From NCBI GenBank assembly GCA_963781585.1, contig CAWAGQ010000004.1, forward strand, positions 384,001-448,000: a stretch of 64,000 nt of DNA. Reading direction: 5' to 3'. The stretch is from an uncultured Gemmatimonadaceae bacterium. Lineage in GTDB: Bacteria; Gemmatimonadota; Gemmatimonadetes; Gemmatimonadales; Gemmatimonadaceae. The notes beneath the pieces were generated by a model, which saw nothing but the letters and a program-made list of their open reading frames with translations, made no database searches and was not told where the DNA came from. Shown here in pieces: positions 1-9,151 of the stretch. Each line of letters opens with the position of its first letter. Positions within the stretch are counted from its first letter, which is position 1. The position numbers and the translations under genes were made by a program.

Positions 1-2
1 TG

Positions 3-683
3 CACGAGGGTATCGTCGCCGCGCTCCAGAGTGGCAATGCCGCGACGGCGCTCACCTTCGCCGGCGGAAAACCGACCGTGATCGCGGTGATCGGCGTCAA
101 CGGTGCGGGGAAGACCACCTTCATCGGCAAGCTCGCGGCCCGGTTGCGGGCGGAGGGCAGATCGGTCATCGTGGGCGCCGCCGACACGTTTCGCGCGGGG
201 GCGATTGATCAGTTGCGCCTCTGGGCGGAGCGGAGCGGCGCGGCGTTCATCGGCGGCAAGCCCGGGGGCGATCCGGCTGCGGTGGCCTACGATGCGGTTG
301 ACGCCGGCGTGACGCGGGGTGCGGATGTTGTCCTGATCGATACGGCGGGAAGGCTCCACACCAGCGGAAACCTGATGGAGGAGTTGAAGAAGGTAGTGCG
401 GGTTGTGGGACGGAGGTTGCCCGAGGCGCCACACGAAACGCTGCTGGTGCTGGATGGCACCGTGGGGCAGAATGCCGTCGCGCAGGCGAGGACGTTCGCC
501 GAGGCGGTACCAGTCACCGGCCTGGTGGTCACGAAGATCGACGGAACAGCCCGTGGCGGGATCGTGGTGGCGGTGCACGAGGCGATTGACGTCCCGGTCA
601 AATTCATCGGTGTCGGCGAGAAGTTGGAGGACCTCATCCCGTTCGAGGCCGGCGAGTTCGCGCGCAGCGTGCTGGAGGAGTGA
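3..683 (+). CDS. ftsY: Signal recognition particle receptor FtsY, 5'-truncated by window edge
   Basis: GVNGAGKTT P-loop, DTFRAGA, DTAGR, TKIDGTARGG, GVGEKLEDL SRP-GTPase motifs; frame is open from base 3. Confidence 0.95.
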   Translation, partial: HEGIVAALQSGNAATALTFAGGKPTVIAVIGVNGAGKTTFIGKLAARLRAEGRSVIVGAADTFRAGAIDQLRLWAERSGAAFIGGKPGGDPAAVAYDAVDAGVTRGADVVLIDTAGRLHTSGNLMEELKKVVRVVGRRLPEAPHETLLVLDGTVGQNAVAQARTFAEAVPVTGLVVTKIDGTARGGIVVAVHEAIDVPVKFIGVGEKLEDLIPFEAGEFARSVLEE

Positions 684-719
684 GCGCGGCGCCGGTCGTG
701 CGGCTCACGAGAATCCACG

Positions 720-2861
720 GTGCCTGACGACTCCAAGCGCGCCACGCAGCCGGCACGGGATCTCCGCCGCGAGCATCCGGCGGCCGGTACCCGGCCCCGG
801 GTGCGACTCGACATGCCGGTGCAGTTTCTCAAGGGGGTGGGCGAGCGACGCGCCGAGGCGCTGGCGCGGATCGGGATCCACACCGCCGGCGACCTGCTGT
901 ATCACGTCCCGCACCGCTACGAGGATGCCAGCACCATTACGCCGATCGCCGCGGTGCGCGTCGGCACGGACGCGACGATCCTCGGACGGGTGGTCTCCAA
1001 GGGGATTCTGCCGACCCGAAAGGGCCTGCGCATCTTCCAGGTGGTGCTCCGCGACCGGAGCGGGATGATCGAAGCGTCGTGGCCGGGCCAGCCCTTCCTC
1101 GACCGCACGATCGAGAAGGGAGATGTGTTGCTGCTCACCGGACCGTGCCGCTTCTATCATGGGCGTCAGTTGCAACCCCGGGAGTTCGTCAATCTCGGCG
1201 CCGATGACAGCGGCAACGCCGCGGGGCGCGTGCTGGCGGTGTATCCGGCCACCGAAGGGCTCAGCGTCAGGCAGATCCGCGGGATCATCGAGCAGCATCT
1301 CGACGGGTTGCTGGCGCTGGTGGTGGAGCACCTGCCTGACGAGATCAGGGTGGAGGCCGGTCAGCCGCCGCTGCGCGACGCGCTCGAACGGGTGCATCGC
1401 CCGGGCACCGTCGCCGACGCCGAGCGTGGTCGCGCGCGGCTGGCATTTGATGAGCTGCTGTTCGTGCAGATCCTGCACCGTCGGGCCAACATGGTGGCCC
1501 GCGAGCCGCGCGCGGGCATTGTGTTCGCCCGCCGGAGGACGCTCACCACCCGTCTCAAGGACGCTCTGCCGTTCACCCTCACTGGCGCCCAGACGCGAGC
1601 CATTCGCGAAATCGTGGGCGATATGTGTTCGGCGCGGCGGATGCACCGGTTGCTGCAGGGAGACGTGGGCAGCGGCAAGACCGTGGTGGCGGTGTTCGCC
1701 GCGCTGCTGGCGCTGGAGAACGAGTACCAGAGTGCGATCATGGCTCCCACCGAGCTGCTCGCCGAGCAGCACGCCCGCTCGATCGGCCGGTTGCTCGAGC
1801 CGTCAGGGATCGCGCCGCTGCTGGTGATCGGCAGTCTCGGGGCGCGGGAGCGCCGCGCGGCGGAGGCGCGGCTGGCCACGGACGAGCCGCTCCTCGCCGT
1901 CGGGACGCACGCACTGGTGCAGGGGGCTACGCGCTTCGGCCGGCTCGGGCTGGCGGTGGTGGACGAGCAGCACCGGTTCGGCGTGGAGCAACGCGCCGCG
2001 CTGGGCGCCAAGGGCGAGGCGCCGGACGTTCTGCTGATGAGCGCCACGCCAATCCCGCGATCGCTGGCGCTCACGCTGTACGGCGATCTCGACGTGAGCA
2101 TTCTCGACGAACGGCCACCGGGTCGGCGTCCGGTGGAGACCGTGCTCCGGCCGACGTCCGGACGGGGCCGCGTCCTCGAGTTTCTCAACCGGGAGATCGA
2201 GAAGGGCCACCAGGGCTACATCGTCTATCCGATCATCGAGGAATCCGAAAAGGTGGCGCTGAAAGCGGCGACTACCATGTACGAGCAGCTCTCCGACGGG
2301 GTGCTGCGACACCGACGGTTGGCGCTGGTGCACGGACGCGTGCCCGCCGACGAGCGCGATCTGCTCATGCGACGCTTTCGCGATGGTGCAATCGACCTTC
2401 TCGTGGCCACCACGGTCATCGAGGTCGGCATCGACGTACCCAATGCCACGGTCATGGTGATCGAGCATCCCGAGCGGTTCGGCCTCTCGCAGCTTCATCA
2501 GCTCCGCGGCCGTGTGGGTCGCGGGGGCGAGGAATCGTACTGCATCCTGCTGGCTGATACCGGAAACGACGCCGCGGCGCGTCTCCGGCTATTTGCGTCG
2601 ACCGACGACGGCTTCGAGATCGCGCGGGCGGACCTGCGCATGCGCGGCATGGGCGACCTGTTCGGGGAGCGTCAGAGCGGACGTCCCGTGTTCCGGGTAG
2701 CCGATCCGTTCCGGGATGAGGCGCTGAACGTGCAGGCACGCGCGACCGCCGAGCGTTTGATTGGGGCCGATCCCGACCTCACACGGCCGGAGCATTCCGG
2801 ACTGCGTCGCGTGCTGGGTGAGCGCTACGCACGCGCCATGGAGCTCTTCCGCGTCGGATAA
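720..2861 (+). CDS. recG: ATP-dependent DNA helicase RecG
   Basis: LKGVG N-terminus, RLLQGDVGSGKT, DEQHRFGV, MSATPIPR, QLHQLRGRVGRG. Confidence 0.96.
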   Translation: MPDDSKRATQPARDLRREHPAAGTRPRVRLDMPVQFLKGVGERRAEALARIGIHTAGDLLYHVPHRYEDASTITPIAAVRVGTDATILGRVVSKGILPTRKGLRIFQVVLRDRSGMIEASWPGQPFLDRTIEKGDVLLLTGPCRFYHGRQLQPREFVNLGADDSGNAAGRVLAVYPATEGLSVRQIRGIIEQHLDGLLALVVEHLPDEIRVEAGQPPLRDALERVHRPGTVADAERGRARLAFDELLFVQILHRRANMVAREPRAGIVFARRRTLTTRLKDALPFTLTGAQTRAIREIVGDMCSARRMHRLLQGDVGSGKTVVAVFAALLALENEYQSAIMAPTELLAEQHARSIGRLLEPSGIAPLLVIGSLGARERRAAEARLATDEPLLAVGTHALVQGATRFGRLGLAVVDEQHRFGVEQRAALGAKGEAPDVLLMSATPIPRSLALTLYGDLDVSILDERPPGRRPVETVLRPTSGRGRVLEFLNREIEKGHQGYIVYPIIEESEKVALKAATTMYEQLSDGVLRHRRLALVHGRVPADERDLLMRRFRDGAIDLLVATTVIEVGIDVPNATVMVIEHPERFGLSQLHQLRGRVGRGGEESYCILLADTGNDAAARLRLFASTDDGFEIARADLRMRGMGDLFGERQSGRPVFRVADPFRDEALNVQARATAERLIGADPDLTRPEHSGLRRVLGERYARAMELFRVG

Positions 2862-2880
2862 CCCCCCGGTCCGGTGGCGG

Positions 2881-3444
2881 CTAGAGCGGGGGCTTCTTCG
2901 TTTCCGGCTTGGGCATGAGACGGCGCTTGATGCGCTCCAGTTCGCTCAGCGCCTTCTCGAGTTCGTCGGACAGGCGCTTCACTTCATCCTGCTTGGCCTG
3001 GTCGCGAGCGTCGGCGGCAGCGCGCACCGCCACCACCGTCGCACGCGTTGAATCGATGACCTCCACCATCCGACGGAGGATCTCCGCCTCGCCGTAACGG
3101 GGCATGGTGGGACCGCCATTCAGATAGGTATCGAACGCGGCGAGCTGGTCGCGTACGTTCACTTCCTTGTTGAGTGGGTCGGCCCGGAACAACGCGCGCC
3201 AGAAATCCGCGTCGGCGCCTTCTGCGGTTCCGGCGTTTTGCACCGCGAATTCGGCGAGAATGCGATCGGCGTCGGCGAATCGGCCTGACGCGGCGGCACG
3301 GCGGGCATTGGCCAGCACCGCGGGCCAGGGGGAAACCACAGTCGGCGGATCGAGCACGACCACGGGGACCGGCGGAGGAGGCGGCAGCGGCCGACTGCAG
3401 GCGACCGCGACCGTCGCCACGAGGAGCGTGAGGCGCCGCATCAC
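2881..3444 (-). CDS. Hypothetical lipoprotein with Pro-rich linker, TPR-like helices and C-terminal coiled coil
   Basis: Signal peptide with lipobox AVAC; start overlaps the stop of the upstream kinase. Confidence 0.7.
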   Translation of the reverse strand: MMRRLTLLVATVAVACSRPLPPPPPVPVVVLDPPTVVSPWPAVLANARRAAASGRFADADRILAEFAVQNAGTAEGADADFWRALFRADPLNKEVNVRDQLAAFDTYLNGGPTMPRYGEAEILRRMVEVIDSTRATVVAVRAAADARDQAKQDEVKRLSDELEKALSELERIKRRLMPKPETKKPPL

Positions 3445-5027
3445 GCAGCCGCTCCGGCGCCGGTGGTGTCGCCTGCGTGAGCCGGGCCGCCAGGGCTCAG
3501 GGACGGGTCGGATCTGGCCGCGCTGATGACGCGCCGTACCACACGGATGGGAAGTCGAATGATGAACGTGGTACCAACTCCGACGCTGCTCTCGACGGCG
3601 ATGCTGCCGCCGTGCTCTGTGACGATACTCTTGGCGATGGCGAGGCCAAGCCCGGTGCCGCGCAATGCGGTGGGCGTGTTGGTGTCCGCCTGATAGAACT
3701 TCTCGAAGATGTGCGGCAGCTGCTCGGCCGGAATGCCAGCGCCAGTGTCACGCACTCGCATGCTGACCTCGTCGCCGACGCGCGAAACGCTGAGTGCCAC
3801 GCGCCCACCCCGCGCCGTGAACTTGAACGCGTTCGAGAGGAGGTTGCCGAGGACCTCGTTGATGCGTTCGGCATCCCAGGACACCTCGTGCGGGAGGTCG
3901 AGCTCCCGGCGTACCTCGAAGGCGACGTCGCGCTGGAGGGCGAGCACGCGGAACGCACGCTCCAGATCGGAGAGGAAATCCTCGAGCACGAACGGCCGGA
4001 CGTCGAGCTTGCCCCCGCCCGCGTCGAACCGGCTGACATCGAGCAGTTGGCGTACGAGTCGCGACAGCAACTGCGTCTGCGACGTGAGGGTGTCGCAGAT
4101 CTCGCGCTGTTTGGGCGTCAACTCGCCGTACACGTTTTCCTGTAGCAGCTGCAGGTACCCCAGCATGACGTTTACCGGCGTCTTGAGCTCGTGCGATGCT
4201 ACCGACACAAACTCGGCCTTCAGCCGGTCGAGCTCCTGAAGCTGTTGTGCCATGGATCGGAAGCTCTCGGCCAGCCTTCCGAATTCGTCGCTCCGGTCGC
4301 CGGTGATTGCAAGGGGGCGGCTGAAATGGCCTTCCGCCACCGCGCGCATACCAGCCTCGAGCTCCCGCATCGGCGTGTTGATCGACCGACTCAGCCAGAG
4401 GGCGATCCCGAAGGCAAGGAGGATGGCCATCGCCAGCGCAGCGATGGCTACCAATCGCGCCTGTATCGTCTCGTCGGCAAACTCCTGCACGCGATCGGAC
4501 GTTCGCTGCTGCAGAGCGAGCTCGGTGTTCTCGATCATGCGCGCGATGTCCCGCAGGGCAGGCGCCATGACCAGGTCCACGATGGAGTCGGCGGCCGAAA
4601 CGCGTCCGCCGCGCCACAGGGAATAGGCATGCGGCGCCTGCTCCTGGAGCCGCGACACCGCCGGGTGCAGGCGCGACAGGGGAGAACCTTCGGTGAGCCG
4701 CTGGAGGGAATCGGACTGCACCAGGAGCGTCGAGAGTCCGTCGATGAAGAGCCGGAGCTCGGTGTCGCTCGGGACGACCGTCAGCAACTTGTTGTTCTGG
4801 ACCAGCTCATCGTCCACCTGGCGCATCCGCCCCACCAGCAGCGTGGCCGCATACTCATGGTCGCGGAGCTCGATGGTCTGGCCCTGGAGCCGCTGGAGCG
4901 ACTGGAGCGACAGCACAAGCGGCGCCACGAGGACGACCGCAATTGCGATGATGCCGGCGTGGAGTCGGGTCTGGAGATTCAAATCGTGTTGCCGTTGGAA
5001 TGGATTCGCGACGATTCGTCGACCCAC
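3441..5027 (-). CDS. HAMP-domain sensor histidine kinase (start may be TTG at 4982)
   Basis: Two TM helices, HAMP, H-box SVASHELKTP, N-box NLLSNAFKF, G-boxes DTGAGI and GTGLGLAI. Confidence 0.93.
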   Translation of the reverse strand: MGRRIVANPFQRQHDLNLQTRLHAGIIAIAVVLVAPLVLSLQSLQRLQGQTIELRDHEYAATLLVGRMRQVDDELVQNNKLLTVVPSDTELRLFIDGLSTLLVQSDSLQRLTEGSPLSRLHPAVSRLQEQAPHAYSLWRGGRVSAADSIVDLVMAPALRDIARMIENTELALQQRTSDRVQEFADETIQARLVAIAALAMAILLAFGIALWLSRSINTPMRELEAGMRAVAEGHFSRPLAITGDRSDEFGRLAESFRSMAQQLQELDRLKAEFVSVASHELKTPVNVMLGYLQLLQENVYGELTPKQREICDTLTSQTQLLSRLVRQLLDVSRFDAGGGKLDVRPFVLEDFLSDLERAFRVLALQRDVAFEVRRELDLPHEVSWDAERINEVLGNLLSNAFKFTARGGRVALSVSRVGDEVSMRVRDTGAGIPAEQLPHIFEKFYQADTNTPTALRGTGLGLAIAKSIVTEHGGSIAVESSVGVGTTFIIRLPIRVVRRVISAARSDPSLSPGGPAHAGDTTGAGAAA

Positions 5028-5080
5028 CTGGAGCTATCAGAATGTGTGGCGCCGGGTCGAAGCGGTACTAGTCGTTGAAG

Positions 5081-5109
5081 TTGCAGCACATAGAGGGCTC
5101 TCATAGCTT
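5081..5109 (+). promoter_or_regulatory. Putative sigma70 promoter of asnS
   Basis: TTGCAG-17 nt-TAGCTT. Confidence 0.5.
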
Positions 5110-5146
5110 ACGGCCCTTCACTCCCTTTTTCGCCTGGCCACGACCC

Positions 5147-6448
5147 GTGTCGCAGCCGTTTTCCCACGTATCTGACTTGCCGGCCCATGTCGGCGCCACG
5201 ATCACCGTGCGCGGATGGGTAACGCACGTGCGCTCCTCGGGAAAGGTAGCGTTTCTGGTGCTGCGCGATGGCACCGGCCTGCTGCAGGGTGTGCTGATGA
5301 AGAATGACGCGTCCCCTGAGGCCTGGGCACGATTTTCGGCGCTGACACAGGAGACCTGCGTCGCGGTCACGGGACTGGTCCGGGCCGACGCGCGAGCGCC
5401 CGGCGGATTTGAGATGGGGATCACCAACCTCGAGGTCCTGGGTGCGAGTCCGGTGGACTACCCGATCCAGCCGAAGGAACACGGGATCGACTTCCTGCTG
5501 GACAATCGCCACCTCTGGATCCGATCGCCCCGCCAGGTGGCGATCCTCCGCGTGCGCCATGAGATCGAGCAGGCGATCCACGACTTCTTCTACCAGCGTG
5601 GTTTCGTCCATGTGGATACTCCGATCCTTACCGCCGCAATCGGTGAGCGAAGCGGGCTGTTTCAGACCGAGTACTTCGACGAGGGCTTTGCCTACCTCGC
5701 GCAGACCGGCCAGCTCTATGGCGAGGCAGCGGCTGCGGCGCTGGGGTGCATCTACACCTTCGGGCCGACCTTCCGTGCCGAGAAGTCGAAGACCCGCCGC
5801 CACCTGACCGAGTTCTGGATGATCGAGCCGGAGATGGCGTTTTACGACACGAATGACAATATGCGCCTTCAGGAAGATCTGCTCGCCTACATCGTGGAGC
5901 GGGCTCTCGCCCGACGACGCGAAGAACTCCGGGTGCTGGAGCGAGACACGGAGAAGCTGGAGCGTGTACGACCGCCGTTCCCGCGGGTGGAGTACACCGA
6001 GGCGGTGAAGATCCTGAAGCGGAAGGGGAGCGCCATCGAGTGGGGACAGGACCTGGGCGCGGAAGACGAATCGCTGCTGGTGGAGGATCACGAGACACCG
6101 GTGTTCGTCTGCAACTATCCCCGGGAAGCGAAGGCGTTCTACATGAAGGTGAACCCCGCGGATCCCCGAACCGTGCTCTGTGATGATTGCCTGGCCCCCG
6201 AAGGATACGGCGAGATCATCGGAGGTTCGCAACGCGAGGACGACTATGACACCCTCGTGGCCCGAATTCGTGAGGAAGGGCTCCCGTTCGACGCATACGG
6301 ATGGTATCTGGACCTGCGCCGCTACGGCACGTTCGTCCATTCGGGGTTCGGGCTCGGTCTGGAGCGCACCGTCGCCTGGGTCTGCGGCACGCCGCATATT
6401 CGCGAATGCGTGGCATTCCCGCGCATGATGAACCGGTTGAGGCCGTAG
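5147..6448 (+). CDS. asnS: Asparagine--tRNA ligase
   Basis: OB-fold RGWV..RSSGK..FL.LRDG, FGPTFRAEKSKTRRHLTEFWMIEPE, GFGLGLER; GTG at 5147 chosen as start. Confidence 0.95.
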   Translation: MSQPFSHVSDLPAHVGATITVRGWVTHVRSSGKVAFLVLRDGTGLLQGVLMKNDASPEAWARFSALTQETCVAVTGLVRADARAPGGFEMGITNLEVLGASPVDYPIQPKEHGIDFLLDNRHLWIRSPRQVAILRVRHEIEQAIHDFFYQRGFVHVDTPILTAAIGERSGLFQTEYFDEGFAYLAQTGQLYGEAAAAALGCIYTFGPTFRAEKSKTRRHLTEFWMIEPEMAFYDTNDNMRLQEDLLAYIVERALARRREELRVLERDTEKLERVRPPFPRVEYTEAVKILKRKGSAIEWGQDLGAEDESLLVEDHETPVFVCNYPREAKAFYMKVNPADPRTVLCDDCLAPEGYGEIIGGSQREDDYDTLVARIREEGLPFDAYGWYLDLRRYGTFVHSGFGLGLERTVAWVCGTPHIRECVAFPRMMNRLRP

Positions 6449-6459
6449 AGATGCAAGGG

Positions 6460-6530
6460 TCTGCCGTCAGCGATCAGCCATCAGCGCTCGACTGACCGCT
6501 GACCGCTGACCGCTGACTGCTGATGACAGA
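6460..6530. repeat. Intergenic inverted array of heptamer tandem repeats (hairpin-forming)
   Basis: TCAGCGA TCAGCCA TCAGCGC followed by CTGACCG x3, CTGACTG, CTGATGA. Confidence 0.8.
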
Positions 6531-6555
6531 TACCTGAAACCTGCCTTTCCCTTCC

Positions 6556-7113
6556 ATGTCCATCGCCGGTTCGTTTCTCCAGCGTACGCGCTACTACCTG
6601 GTGACGGAGTATCCCGCCAAGATCCGCTCGGCCGTGGAGGCGCTGCCCGCCGACCGCTTGTGGTGGAGGCCTAACGAGCAAAGCAACAGCGCGGGGAATC
6701 TGCTGCTCCACCTGTCCGGCAACGTGCGACAGTGGATTGTCAGTGGTGTGGGTGGCGTACCGGACGTCCGGAAACGCGACATGGAATTTGCGGCGAGGGG
6801 CGGGGCCGGGGCCCCCGAGATGCTCACGATGCTCGACGCGACGATGCGCGAAGCGGATGCCGTCATTCGCGGGCTCATGCCGAGCGAGCTGGTGGAGCGA
6901 CGAACGATCCAGGGACGTGACACCACCGTATTCGAAGCGCTGTACCACGTCGTGGAGCATTTCTCCGGACACGCGGCGCAGATCATTCTGTTGACGAAGA
7001 TGATGGCTCCGGGATCGATCCGTTTCTACGACGATGCCGACGGACTGGCCCGCCCCAATTTCCTGGGTCCGGGGAAGTTCGAGATGGGAGACCGCCGAAG
7101 CCCCGGCGCCTAG
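6556..7113 (+). CDS. DinB/DUF1572-like four-helix metalloprotein
   Basis: LWWRPNEQSNSAGNLLLHLSGN and HVVEHFSGH..QI His motifs. Confidence 0.82.
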   Translation: MSIAGSFLQRTRYYLVTEYPAKIRSAVEALPADRLWWRPNEQSNSAGNLLLHLSGNVRQWIVSGVGGVPDVRKRDMEFAARGGAGAPEMLTMLDATMREADAVIRGLMPSELVERRTIQGRDTTVFEALYHVVEHFSGHAAQIILLTKMMAPGSIRFYDDADGLARPNFLGPGKFEMGDRRSPGA

Positions 7114-7241
7114 TCGCTCACATCGCGCGACCTCGAGGCTCGAGATACGGAAACAACGCTCCCGCCCGAGTCAGGTGTTGCCGCCTCGGCCCGGCAACGG
7201 CCGGTCATGGGCCAGCAGCGTCGATGGAACCGACCGCTGCT

Positions 7242-8033
7242 TCAACCGCCTTGACGTTCGAGGGCCTTCACCTCATCCCAGAGCGCGTCCAGGACGCTGA
7301 GCCCCCCGGCCGACACGTCGATCCCGCGCTCGGCAGCGAGCCGCTCCACCGCGCCGAAGCGGCGAGCGAATTTCGCGTTCGCGCGATCGAGAGCGATCGC
7401 AGCGTGCACGCCGGCCTTTCGGCACAGATTCACTACCGCGAATAGCAGGTCGCCCAGCTCGGCCTCGAGTTCTCCTCGCGGCTCGGCCTGTGTGGATGCG
7501 TACGCCGGTGCCTCCGGTGGAGTCGCCGGCAAGTGTGCGCGTACTTCCCGGAGTTCCTCTTCCACCTTGTCCGCGGGTCCACTCACGTCGCTCCAATCGA
7601 ATCCCACGCCGGCGGCGCGATCCTGCAGGCGATGCGCCCGATGCAACGATGGCAGGCCCGCCGGCAGGCCCGCCTCGATCGACGTGCGCGTACTCGCCTT
7701 CATGCGTTCCCAGGGCTCGCGCACCGAGCCGCTGTAGAGGTGGGGGTGCCGCCGACGCATCTTGGCGATCAGGCCGCCGGCCACCTGGCCGATGTCGAAC
7801 GCGCCGCGTTCTTCGGCGACCACGGAATGGAAGAGTACCTGGAGCAGTACGTCGCCGAGCTCTTCACGCATGGCGCCGTCGTCGGCGTCCCGGATGGCCT
7901 CATCGAGTTCGTTTGCCTCCTCGATGAGATAGGGCCGCAGCGAGTCGTGCGTTTGCGCGGCATCCCACTCGCAGCGGCTGCGAAGATCGCGCATGAGCGC
8001 GAGCGTATCTTCAAGTGTGGCCTTAGCTTGCAT
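7242..8033 (-). CDS. mazG: Nucleoside triphosphate pyrophosphohydrolase MazG
   Basis: CEWD..QTH.SL.PYLIEE, EELGDVLLQVLFH, GFDW, ELGDLLF, AN.KF.RRF. Confidence 0.94.
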   Translation of the reverse strand: MQAKATLEDTLALMRDLRSRCEWDAAQTHDSLRPYLIEEANELDEAIRDADDGAMREELGDVLLQVLFHSVVAEERGAFDIGQVAGGLIAKMRRRHPHLYSGSVREPWERMKASTRTSIEAGLPAGLPSLHRAHRLQDRAAGVGFDWSDVSGPADKVEEELREVRAHLPATPPEAPAYASTQAEPRGELEAELGDLLFAVVNLCRKAGVHAAIALDRANAKFARRFGAVERLAAERGIDVSAGGLSVLDALWDEVKALERQGG

Positions 8034-8056
8034 AGGCTCCTCGGGTCGGGTATACT
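8028..8056 (+). promoter_or_regulatory. Putative sigma70 promoter of the alr operon, overlapping the mazG start codon
   Basis: TTGCAT-17 nt-TATACT. Confidence 0.6.
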
Positions 8057-8080
8057 ATGCCCCTCGCAATTCCCACGTCA

Positions 8081-9151
8081 ATGCAGCCTGAAAAGCGGCG
8101 CGCCTGGATCGAGGTCGATCTTGGCGCGCTGAAGCAGAATGCGGCCATGCTCGCCGCGCGCGGTGGCAGGCCCCTCCTTCCCATGGTCAAGGCGGACGCC
8201 TATGGCCTGGGTGTGCTGCCAGTCATTCGGGAACTGGAAGGGCTCGATCCGTGGGGATACGGCGTGGCCACGCTGGCGGAGGGAGCGGAGATTCGGCGGG
8301 CGGGAATGGAGCGACCGATACTCGTTGTTTCCCCGCTGCTGCCGTGGGACTTCGACACGGCCATGTCTCTGCGCCTCACACCAACGCTGGGCTTTCCCGA
8401 TTCGATCGGGGCATGGACGCGCGCCGGTGGCGCGGCCTGGCACTTGTCGATCGACACCGGAATGAACCGTTCGGGGATTCCGTGGGATCGCATCGGGGAA
8501 GTGGCGGATCTCGTGCGGGCGCATCCTCCCGAGGGCGCCATGACGCACCTGCATTCACCGGACGCGGGCGACGGTTCGATGGAACGGCAGCAGAATCGCT
8601 TCAGAGAGGCACTGGCCAGGCTGCCGGCCCGGCCCCGATACCTGCATGTCGAAGGTAGCGCCGCCATCGAGCGGCAGACGCCCTCACCCTGGGACCTGGT
8701 GCGTCCAGGCGTCTTTCTCTATGGCGTGGGAGGTGGACGCGGATCGGGTTTGGTTCCGCGACCGGTCGCGCATTTCCGGGCTCGGGTGCTCGAGGTACGC
8801 GGCGTGCCGGAGGGAGAGACGGTCAGCTATTCGGGGACGTATCGTACCACGGGACGTCGTCGCGTTGCGACCATCGCAGCGGGATACGCCGACGGTTTCC
8901 GTCGGGCATTCAGCAATCGAGGCGTCGTGCTGGTGCGTGGCGCGCGTGTCCCCGTTGTGGGCCTCGTCAACATGGACATGACGATGGTGGACGTCACCGA
9001 TGTCGCGTGCGAAGCTGGCGACATCGCTACCTTGCTGGGCAGCGATGGCGACCAGCAACTCGACATCAATGAAGTGGCGCGGCACGTCGAGCTGTCTCCG
9101 TACGAGTTGCTGGTGGGGCTGCGCCTGCGTGTGCCGCGCATCTATCTGTGA
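8081..9151 (+). CDS. alr: Alanine racemase (ATG 8081 preferred; ATG 8057 abuts the -10 box)
   Basis: PLP-lysine motif VKADAYGLG, IDTGMNR, VRPG..LYG, GYADG. Confidence 0.94.
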   Translation: MQPEKRRAWIEVDLGALKQNAAMLAARGGRPLLPMVKADAYGLGVLPVIRELEGLDPWGYGVATLAEGAEIRRAGMERPILVVSPLLPWDFDTAMSLRLTPTLGFPDSIGAWTRAGGAAWHLSIDTGMNRSGIPWDRIGEVADLVRAHPPEGAMTHLHSPDAGDGSMERQQNRFREALARLPARPRYLHVEGSAAIERQTPSPWDLVRPGVFLYGVGGGRGSGLVPRPVAHFRARVLEVRGVPEGETVSYSGTYRTTGRRRVATIAAGYADGFRRAFSNRGVVLVRGARVPVVGLVNMDMTMVDVTDVACEAGDIATLLGSDGDQQLDINEVARHVELSPYELLVGLRLRVPRIYL

